DNA of 32,000 bases. It comes from Vulcanisaeta distributa DSM 14429. Its GTDB lineage: Archaea; Thermoproteota; Thermoprotei; Thermoproteales; Thermocladiaceae. Position 1 is the stretch's first letter; the number at the start of each line of letters is the position of its first letter. The notes below the pieces were generated by a model. It had not been told where the DNA came from and made no database searches. It saw only the letters and a program-made list of their open reading frames with translations. The position numbers and the translations under genes are program-made. Shown piece by piece: positions 24,762 through 32,000 of this stretch. The stretch covers positions 1,230,001 through 1,262,000 of the forward strand of contig NC_014537.1 in assembly GCF_000148385.1 (NCBI RefSeq), read 5' to 3'.

Positions 24762-26279
24762 ATGGCGAGGAGCATAAGGACAATGGCGGTCTTGGCATCA
24801 CTACTTACCCTATTAAGTAGTTTTACGTATAATATCGCTATCACGAGGAAGATACCAACGGCAGGTCTTGGACTACTATCGTTATTAAATGCAACAATTG
24901 GCTTCTCAATCCTACCGACCGCCTTAATAACCTTCGCCTACCCAAGGTTGACGGCTAGGGATAATGGGTTAAACATCATTGCTGCCGTGAATGTATCATC
25001 AATCTTTTACCTAGTGACGTTTGTACTAACCATAGCTTACCTAGCGAGTGTTTGGACTAAGATGGGGCCCTATGCCTGGTTGGTCCTTATTATAGCGGTG
25101 CTCTCGGAAATAACGTCATACCTGCAGTCCATAACTAATTCAATATTGATGGTTAAGGATAGGAGTAGGTTCGTAATAACGTCAATAATTCAATCACTTA
25201 CTAAGTTCATCGCCATACCAGTGATAATGGTGCTTGGATGGACCATAGAGGTTATCCTGTGGTCGACATTCTTTATAGTGTTTATACCATCTCTGTACGC
25301 CTTCATATACTCACTGAGGTATAATATTCATGCCTATGATACCCGTAGATACTTGAGGGAGGTCCTTAGTGCGTCTTGGGTACCGTTAATGGGTTACGCA
25401 ATTAATTCCTTTAGGTCCCTGGACACAATGTTCATTGGGATCTTTGGTTATGCCCAGTTGAGTATTTGGTACGTGATTTTCATACTCAGTAAGCCGTTTG
25501 GTTACAGTGGCACTCTTATTAACGTAACCTACGGTGAACTCCTTGAACGCGGAAAGCTAAACATAATCTATAGGGACTTCCTGATATTACTTTTAATAAC
25601 TACGTATGTGGCGTTGGCATTGACGTTCTTCCCTGGGATTTACATAAACCTCGTTAGGCCGAGTATGCGGGGTGAGGTTGATTTATTGGTGTTACCCATC
25701 ATCCTTCTTGCGGTAAATAGTGTCTTGGGCAATGTTAATCAGTTCATTAGCAATGTCATGCAGGGTGTTGATAAGAGGGATATTGAGAATGCCAGTGAGA
25801 TAAGGCCCGGCGTTTATTTAAGGAGTCTTATTTTACATACTCATTTAGCCGAGCTTGTTTTCACAATTGTTTACCTATTAACAATGGCGCCATTAATCAT
25901 AGTATTCAAAGACCTGGGGTTCACGTATTACGCAGTGGTTGGTGCATTAGTTTCCTCATTACTTGCAAACATGGCGGCATTGGGGTTTAGGTTTGCTAAA
26001 CTTGGTAGTCTCAAATCCCTACTTAATGGTAAGGCATTAATTATGGATTATGCATTACCATCATTACTATCAATAATTGTTTTAATGCTTGTTGTACGTG
26101 TGATTAAGTTCGTGCTTTATCCAAGTATTATTATCTCGCTGGTTCAGGTATTAATTGCATCGTTAATAACCCTAGCCATTTACTTCAGTATTGCGATGGT
26201 CGTTTCAAGAAATGTGAGAAATATAATCATTATTTTAATTAGGAGGATAGTTAACACAATTACTGCCTCTCAACCCTAA
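24762..26279 (+). CDS. polytopic membrane protein, probable MOP/Wzx-type oligosaccharide flippase
   Basis: About 14 hydrophobic segments over 505 aa. The N-terminal pattern (ITRKIPTAGLGLLSLLNATIGF) resembles polysaccharide-biosynthesis (Wzx/AglR-like) proteins. This is a by-eye call only. Confidence 0.45.
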   Translation: MARSIRTMAVLASLLTLLSSFTYNIAITRKIPTAGLGLLSLLNATIGFSILPTALITFAYPRLTARDNGLNIIAAVNVSSIFYLVTFVLTIAYLASVWTKMGPYAWLVLIIAVLSEITSYLQSITNSILMVKDRSRFVITSIIQSLTKFIAIPVIMVLGWTIEVILWSTFFIVFIPSLYAFIYSLRYNIHAYDTRRYLREVLSASWVPLMGYAINSFRSLDTMFIGIFGYAQLSIWYVIFILSKPFGYSGTLINVTYGELLERGKLNIIYRDFLILLLITTYVALALTFFPGIYINLVRPSMRGEVDLLVLPIILLAVNSVLGNVNQFISNVMQGVDKRDIENASEIRPGVYLRSLILHTHLAELVFTIVYLLTMAPLIIVFKDLGFTYYAVVGALVSSLLANMAALGFRFAKLGSLKSLLNGKALIMDYALPSLLSIIVLMLVVRVIKFVLYPSIIISLVQVLIASLITLAIYFSIAMVVSRNVRNIIIILIRRIVNTITASQP

Positions 26280-27543
26280 GCGACTGTGGAGTCCACTTCC
26301 ACGATAGGGCGGCGTAAATAACGTAGAGTAGCAACGCATTAAAGAACGCAAACACCACAAGGCTCCCATAAATCAGGCCAGGCTGTATAGATACCAGCTG
26401 CAGTAGTGCGTTCAATTCGGGTGTTAGTAATGTGGAGACCTTTAGAGTATTGGCAACCTGAAGTGTGAATTGCAGGCCGTAAGCCTTAACGAGGGCTGGT
26501 ACCGCAGGTAATGGGGGAACTATTGCGTAGGGCAAGTGCGCCAAGCCGTTCATTACCTCGGCACTAATCATTAGCAGTAGTACGAGGACGAGCTTGAGTG
26601 CTGATATGGGCCTATTGATGAACTTGAAGGATAGGGCTATTAGTATGAGTAGTATTAGTCCTAGGGCTATGTCCATGTAGAACACGCCGGTCAATATCAT
26701 GGTTGGTTCATAGACTGGGTATAGGCTTGAGGGTAGGTAGGCAGGTGGCTTACCAAATATTGACCAGGCAACCGTCGGTGAGTATAGGTAAACCTCATAT
26801 AAGTATAGCCCAGCGAATACTGCGTACAATACGCCGAATATTAGGCTTATCCAATTACTAATCCTGTACCCAACCAACCTATACTCACTCTTATCGACCG
26901 AGTACCTCCAACCAAATATTGAGTTTATTAATACCCCAGTCATCGCGATCGCCCCAAAAAGCGTTGCCAGGAATAATGGCGCATATGTTGGGTTTAGGAA
27001 TACCTGGGACCAATTAATGCCGAGTGTGAATCCAACAATTGATGACGTATCCTTAAACACCTCAACACCCGCTGGGTAGTTTATGAAGGCGAACACGAGC
27101 CTAAACATCGCTGGTATGACCGTAAGTGATATGGCCATGCCATAGCCAACGGCGACATGCCTCATCGGGCTAATCCTGCCAAAGCCCCTGTAGTAAAATC
27201 CAATGAAGGGAAGCGCTATTGCAACTCCAAACACTATGGCAACACCCCACACAGGCCACAGGAGGGCCCCGGCTATGTTCGTGAATATCGGCAGCAAGCC
27301 CGCCAGGAACACGGTTATTATCGTGCCGAAGAGACCGCCTATTGCATATACCGTGATTAGGTAATTAGCCATGTTGTGCGCCAGGTCGACATAGACCTGT
27401 TTATTACGCTTATAACCAATCAACTCGAGCGTTGGCAGTATCCAACCAAGGCCGAGCACCGTGTACACCAGTGGCAGGTGAACGGAGAATGCCCATGCAA
27501 TTAGACCCACGGCAATCTCTGTCGCGGAGACCATACCCACCAC
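26260..27543 (-). CDS. cytochrome bd-type oxidase second subunit, a CydA paralogue (CydA-prime) rather than canonical CydB
   Basis: It sits directly downstream of cydA with a 1-nt gap. Its N-terminal region aligns by eye with CydA (HL..LG...E..Y.R..Q...A......G..FGT). GTG start at 27543, or ATG at 27534 preceded by GAGGTGGTG. Confidence 0.7.
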   Translation of the reverse strand: MVGMVSATEIAVGLIAWAFSVHLPLVYTVLGLGWILPTLELIGYKRNKQVYVDLAHNMANYLITVYAIGGLFGTIITVFLAGLLPIFTNIAGALLWPVWGVAIVFGVAIALPFIGFYYRGFGRISPMRHVAVGYGMAISLTVIPAMFRLVFAFINYPAGVEVFKDTSSIVGFTLGINWSQVFLNPTYAPLFLATLFGAIAMTGVLINSIFGWRYSVDKSEYRLVGYRISNWISLIFGVLYAVFAGLYLYEVYLYSPTVAWSIFGKPPAYLPSSLYPVYEPTMILTGVFYMDIALGLILLILIALSFKFINRPISALKLVLVLLLMISAEVMNGLAHLPYAIVPPLPAVPALVKAYGLQFTLQVANTLKVSTLLTPELNALLQLVSIQPGLIYGSLVVFAFFNALLLYVIYAALSWKWTPQSLRVERQ

Positions 27544-27544
27544 C

Positions 27545-28954
27545 TCAGTACTCCACAGCCTTTACCTCAGTCTCTACGTACTTAGGCGCCCTCCTTAGGT
27601 ATAGGTAGACCATGAACACCGCTAGTGACGGCATGGCAATCTCAACAATTAATACAAGCACAGCCAACCAAACTGGGAAGTAGAGCGTTGGGTTCAGTAA
27701 ACCACCTGGTCCAACGGGTACGCCAGTAATTATTGGTGGACTGCCATTTGGATTGGGGTCTGCCTGAACGAGTATGAATGGGTACCTACCTGACTCAGCT
27801 GAAACCGCGCCGCCTATCGAAGCGAAGGCTGCGAAGAAGGGCATTAGATAAACGCCACTCCTCTCGAAGAAGTTCGCTAAAGCCCTGGCCCAGCTAAAGC
27901 TACCGAAGAAGCCAGGGAATAGGTACCAAAGCGACAGCGCACCGCTCCAAATACCGAGTAATATTCCGAATATTACCATGAAGACCCAGTAGAAAATAAA
28001 TACGAAGGCCGGTGGCCTCTCATAAGCTGGCCAACTGAAGTAGCCCCAGAATGCGTGATTAAACGTACCATACGCTAGGAAGCTTGTTAGTGGGTCAACC
28101 TTGAGGCCGCTCCAGAACATACCCTCAAGAGCCGCCAGCTTAAGTGGGTCATCCTGTAAAACGAGCTCACCCTGTAGATGCCCAAGCACGAATCCCTGTA
28201 TTGCCGTTAGTATGGCCATGGTGGGAACGAGGATCTTAAGCATCATCAACCTCTCCGGCTTCTTATCACGTATGTAGAAGTATAGGTATATTGCTGCTAT
28301 TATTGACCAGGTAAGTATTACCGCGGCTAGTATACCATGGAATATGAAGACATTGGCACCCCACCAGAACATATTCCAGGCATCGGCTGGTGAGGCCCAC
28401 TTAACCACGTAATCCGTTAAGCCAACCACGTTCTGTCCAGTGGCCTGATATAGATTGATTACTTCGAGTCCTGGTGGCCTCATGCTTAATGATGCCATGA
28501 CCGCTAATATGTTGTAGGCACTATAGTAACCACCAAATGCTGCGGCTATACCTATTATCCAGTGAAGGACCTGGTTCTTAATCTTATTCCACGTAAATAC
28601 GTAGAGTGGTAATATGATTACCTCCGTTAAGAAGGCAAATAACTCCAGGTAGAATGGAAGTACTATTGCCTCGCCAATAAGTGATATGAAATTGCTCCAT
28701 AAAGTGACCAATCCGAATTCCACTAATGTGCCGAAGGCGGCGCCAACGCCGAAGAATATCGTTGATATTACTGAGAATGTTCTGGCAGTATTATACCAGA
28801 ACTGATTATGGCTTCTGATGTATAGGTACTCGGCAACCACTGCCAGGAGTATTGTGCCAAGGAAACTTGATGCCATTGCTAAATGAGCTAAAACGCCAAC
28901 CGCAGTAACAACCCTAACATCAGTTGGCGCCCCAAGTATGGGTTGATCCACCAT
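27545..28954 (-). CDS. cydA: cytochrome bd-type oxidase subunit I
   Basis: Contains AHLAMASSFLGTILLAVVAEYLY, FG..LVEFGLVTLWSNF and LELFAFLTE, which resemble the conserved helix 1-3 motifs of CydA. Polytopic, 469 aa. Confidence 0.8.
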   Translation of the reverse strand: MVDQPILGAPTDVRVVTAVGVLAHLAMASSFLGTILLAVVAEYLYIRSHNQFWYNTARTFSVISTIFFGVGAAFGTLVEFGLVTLWSNFISLIGEAIVLPFYLELFAFLTEVIILPLYVFTWNKIKNQVLHWIIGIAAAFGGYYSAYNILAVMASLSMRPPGLEVINLYQATGQNVVGLTDYVVKWASPADAWNMFWWGANVFIFHGILAAVILTWSIIAAIYLYFYIRDKKPERLMMLKILVPTMAILTAIQGFVLGHLQGELVLQDDPLKLAALEGMFWSGLKVDPLTSFLAYGTFNHAFWGYFSWPAYERPPAFVFIFYWVFMVIFGILLGIWSGALSLWYLFPGFFGSFSWARALANFFERSGVYLMPFFAAFASIGGAVSAESGRYPFILVQADPNPNGSPPIITGVPVGPGGLLNPTLYFPVWLAVLVLIVEIAMPSLAVFMVYLYLRRAPKYVETEVKAVEY

Positions 28955-29077
28955 CGTATGTAATTAATGAAAATTAACAATTTATATCTTGGTGCATCTT
29001 ATATTTTCACTTAAATAGGCATATGTATGTTCACTAAAAATACTAGCATTTAATTATAAATATTTAAATTTATTTAC

Positions 29078-29099
29078 ATTTAAATAAATTTATTTAAAT
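29078..29099. repeat. perfect 22-bp palindrome ATTTAAATAAATTTATTTAAAT
   Basis: The sequence is its own reverse complement. It is embedded in a run of TATTTAAAT-like direct repeats (29061-29100), between the nox stop and the cydA promoter. Confidence 0.9.
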
Positions 29100-29112
29100 A
29101 TAAAAGAATACA

Positions 29113-30432
29113 TCAACCCCTAAGAAACTGTCTCGCGGCAATTATTAATGGATCCCAAACCTGAGTTACGGCAGGTAAGTAGGCTAGGTCACTCATGAAT
29201 AGATCCTCAACAGTTGCTCCCCTGCCCATTAACGCGGCTAACGTGTCAATTTTACCGAGTACGTAAGAGCCATCATCACCAAGCACCTGAGCACCTATAA
29301 TTCTCATGGTGTTTTTATCCACGATTAGCTTTATTGTCACATAGCCACCACCTGGGTAATACCTAGCCCTTGTCCTGGCAGTTATTGTGGCACCTTCCGC
29401 CTTAAATCCATGTCTAAGCGCCTCCTGCGTTGTTAGGCCTGCACTTGCTATGTATAGGTTCATGAACCTAGTCATTGAGGTACCAACAACGCCAGGGAAG
29501 ACCATGGACCTACCAGCTATGTTACTACCTGCTACGAACCCCATCTTATTAGCCGTGGTCCCAAAGGGGTGCCAATAGGGCTTACCTGTTATTAAGTTCC
29601 TTGTCTCAGCCGTATCACCTGCCGCGTACACGTTCTCTAGGCTGGTCTTCATATGTTCATCAACCCAGACAGCCCCCGTCTCACCAATCCGTAAATTAAG
29701 CTGCTTAGCCAGTTCCACATTTGGCTTTATGCCCGTTGCTAATACCACGGCATCAACAACGTACTTACCACCATCAGTAACTATCACCTGCTTGCCACCC
29801 TGGCTGTTAATCTCGAGCACCTTCTCATTCAATCGCAACTTTACACCATGCTTAATTAACTCATTCTTAACGGCTTCACCTATATCCTCATCCAGGGACT
29901 TACGCAATGGATAACCAGACCTACCAATCATTAGCACATCCTTGCCCCTAAACCTAAATGCCTCGGCAACCTCAAGCCCAATATAGCCAGTACCGATGAT
30001 GCCAATGCTATTCATGGAATAGAGAATCTCCCTTAATCTTGCAGCATCGGCTGGGTGGTGCACCGTGAATACGTGACTCCCCTCAATTGGTATGCTTGGT
30101 ATTGCTGGAACAGCGCCCGTGGCAAGCACTAGGTAGTCCCATTGCACCTTGTTACCCTTATCCGTAACCACGTAGTTCGGGCCGACCTCAATGACTGCTT
30201 CACTAACCCTAACATCAATACCTCTCTCCCTCCGGAAGTAATCCGGTGTATAATGCATGAATAATTCGTAATTATCAAATAGGCCCTCAAGGTAGTACGG
30301 AATTCCACAGGGCGCGTGGCTAACCATGCTTGTCCTCTCAAAGACAACAACCTCAAGATCACGCCTCAACCTCCTTATTCTAGATGCTGCGCTCATGCCT
30401 GCAGCGCCGCCACCAATTATTACGACCCTCAT
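29113..30432 (-). CDS. FAD-dependent pyridine nucleotide-disulfide oxidoreductase (NADH oxidase / CoA-disulfide reductase family)
   Basis: The N-terminal VVIIGGGAAGMSAA is an FAD-binding GxGxxG. The single redox Cys motif SHAPCGIPYY is typical of the Nox/Npx/CoADR family. A second dinucleotide fold is present (IGIIGTGYIGLEVAE). Confidence 0.85.
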   Translation of the reverse strand: MRVVIIGGGAAGMSAASRIRRLRRDLEVVVFERTSMVSHAPCGIPYYLEGLFDNYELFMHYTPDYFRRERGIDVRVSEAVIEVGPNYVVTDKGNKVQWDYLVLATGAVPAIPSIPIEGSHVFTVHHPADAARLREILYSMNSIGIIGTGYIGLEVAEAFRFRGKDVLMIGRSGYPLRKSLDEDIGEAVKNELIKHGVKLRLNEKVLEINSQGGKQVIVTDGGKYVVDAVVLATGIKPNVELAKQLNLRIGETGAVWVDEHMKTSLENVYAAGDTAETRNLITGKPYWHPFGTTANKMGFVAGSNIAGRSMVFPGVVGTSMTRFMNLYIASAGLTTQEALRHGFKAEGATITARTRARYYPGGGYVTIKLIVDKNTMRIIGAQVLGDDGSYVLGKIDTLAALMGRGATVEDLFMSDLAYLPAVTQVWDPLIIAARQFLRG

Positions 30433-30497
30433 ACTGCCGTGAATTAAGAAAGAAAAAATAAATTATACCCTTTTAAATCCAGCATGCGTGGATTCAA

Positions 30498-31058
30498 ATG
30501 CATGATGGCAATACCAATGATAAATTATCGAAGATAATCGATATGATGAGGGAGCTCGAGAGGTACCTAGCCATTTTATACGGCATAGCCGCCTCAAGCA
30601 CCAATGAACCATTTATAAGCGCAATAATGAGGAAGATAAGCATTGAATCGGCAATGCATAATTATATATTAACGACGATAAAGGAGCTGATCCGTGAATG
30701 CCCGCCAAAGAAGGTCTTTGACATGGAGACATTGGCATCACTGCAGGGAAGTATTGAGGAGGCAATAACACATACTAAGTCATTAATTGATTACATAAAC
30801 TCAATGGAGAAGGTTCATTATGACACAACGAACGTAATAATTGATAAGTTAAATGAGTTGGAGGATTACGAGGATAATGCGGTGAGAGTCTACAGTTTTC
30901 TATTGAGGAGCTACCTACCGATTACAAGTACAAGAATGGATGCTAGACATAGGGCAGCCTCGAAGCTCATAGTTAAGTTGCTTAAGGGTATATCAGACGA
31001 TGAGAAGCACCATAGTGAGCTTCTCCAGGTTATTAGGGAATACTCACTAAAGCGTTAA
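30498..31058 (+). CDS. hypothetical helical protein, possibly ferritin-like/rubrerythrin-family
   Basis: Predicted all-helical. The IESAMHNY and SDDEKHHSELL segments resemble the E...H and ExxH metal-ligand helices of ferritin-like proteins. This is a weak by-eye call. Confidence 0.35.
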   Translation: MHDGNTNDKLSKIIDMMRELERYLAILYGIAASSTNEPFISAIMRKISIESAMHNYILTTIKELIRECPPKKVFDMETLASLQGSIEEAITHTKSLIDYINSMEKVHYDTTNVIIDKLNELEDYEDNAVRVYSFLLRSYLPITSTRMDARHRAASKLIVKLLKGISDDEKHHSELLQVIREYSLKR

Positions 31059-31106
31059 TTTGCCTAATACAGAAAGGAATTAAAGTGCTTAGTCCAGGTC
31101 GAGACC

Positions 31107-32000
31107 GTGAAGAGACCAGGGCTTTTCCTTAGGGAGTCCACGGGACTTGTTAGGGAGATTGGTCCCTGGACAGCCCTGCTCATGAATACTGCATTCATTG
31201 CCTTCCAGTCAGGGTTTATACTGTTGGTATCTAGTATGTTCAATTTCCCTTTGGGAAATCCATTAATGGCTATAGTAATTAGTGCATTATTATTCCTACC
31301 ACTAACAATATTGCTCAATAGGGTTGGCATCACGTATTACAGGACAGCTAGTGACTACATATTCATAACGAGGAATCTACACCCATCCGTAGGCTTTGCC
31401 ACAATGTTTATGTTCGTGATTGATCAAATGTTCTTTAACGCCGTATTAATAAGCCTCGGTTTAATCACAGGACTAGCACCTGCGATGATCGCCATTGGCC
31501 TTTCAAATAATGCACCCTACCTAATATCCCTTGGCAACTCACTAATGAGTAATCCATTAATGATATTCATAATGGGCTCCATGATATTCGCAATCATTGT
31601 ATTAATTAACATAGCATCATCAAGGGCAGGTACGTATTTAGCATCGGCAATCTCATTATTTGGCATAATAACATTTGCATTAACAATAATATTATTTTAC
31701 GTGTACGCGCCGCAAATAATTAACGCAGTAAATACCGCAGCGCCCAATATATTGAGTCAGGCTGTTTCTGTATCGAGAGAATTACCGAGTAATGGCGTTA
31801 TTATGGATACGATATACCTAATACCGTACCTAGCCTACGTATTTCCCTTCGTAAACTTCATACTATCAGTTGGCGGTGAGGTTAGGAGGGGTAACGCGGT
31901 GCCCATTGCCATATTTGGAACCTACGCCATAAGCACCGCATTCCTAATACTCAGCGTGTGGGTTACGGTTTCGTCATTAGGTATTAATAAGTTGAATGGG
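31107..32000 (+). CDS. APC-superfamily amino acid permease, 3'-partial (runs off the window)
   Basis: Not in the ORF track because no stop is reached. From the GTG at 31107 the frame reads MKRPGLFLRESTGLVREIGPWTALLMNTAFIAFQSGF..., followed by continuous TM-like segments to base 32000. The N-terminal pattern is typical of APC transporters. Confidence 0.7.
   Translation, partial: MKRPGLFLRESTGLVREIGPWTALLMNTAFIAFQSGFILLVSSMFNFPLGNPLMAIVISALLFLPLTILLNRVGITYYRTASDYIFITRNLHPSVGFATMFMFVIDQMFFNAVLISLGLITGLAPAMIAIGLSNNAPYLISLGNSLMSNPLMIFIMGSMIFAIIVLINIASSRAGTYLASAISLFGIITFALTIILFYVYAPQIINAVNTAAPNILSQAVSVSRELPSNGVIMDTIYLIPYLAYVFPFVNFILSVGGEVRRGNAVPIAIFGTYAISTAFLILSVWVTVSSLGINKLNG

Noticed and set aside
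31064-31333. 89-aa minus-strand ORF from the ORF track
   Set aside because: It overlaps, in antisense, a long open plus-strand frame (31107 to the window end) with a clear APC-permease N-terminus and continuous TM segments.
1-32000. CRISPR arrays, transposases/IS elements, integrases, rRNA genes
   Set aside because: I saw no regularly spaced direct repeats, terminal inverted repeats flanking an ORF, or DDE/tyrosine-recombinase-like ORFs on either strand. Absence by eye is not proof, and a repeat finder and HMM scan should confirm it.

Overview
This is an archaeal chromosomal window of about 30 genes and looks crenarchaeal and Thermoproteales-like. That placement is an inference from four things. 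Promoters are leaderless, with a TATA box centred about 26 nt upstream of the start codon. Operon-internal starts use a GGTGAT Shine-Dalgarno motif. Ribosomal protein genes are scattered. There is a CydA/CydA-prime oxidase pair, and the surface proteins are poor in charged residues. By eye I found no rRNA, canonical tRNA, CRISPR array or transposase. Recognisable genes are: a VWA-domain protein, primase large subunit PriL, ribosomal proteins L6 and S17, a MNT/HEPN toxin-antitoxin pair, a HerA/DUF87-type ATPase, two APC permeases, pyrF, an Lrp/AsnC regulator, a ferredoxin, TatD, a cysteine-synthase-family enzyme, a class-III aminotransferase, a Wzx-like flippase, cytochrome bd (CydA plus a CydA paralogue), a Nox/CoADR-type flavoprotein and a ferritin-like protein. 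The stand-out feature is a translationally coupled six-gene plus-strand operon (3870-11501). It encodes unusually large proteins rich in N-glycosylation sequons. Five of the six have class III (type IV pilin-like) signal peptides. The window holds no assembly ATPase, platform protein or prepilin peptidase. The operon also shows sharp intragenic switches in codon usage and contains a tandem paralogue pair. Secondary curiosities are a GC-rich structured element next to a palindromic bidirectional TATA element, a possible SecB-like protein, and several perfect palindromes in promoter regions. All functional calls rest on motif recognition by eye. No database search or computation was possible.
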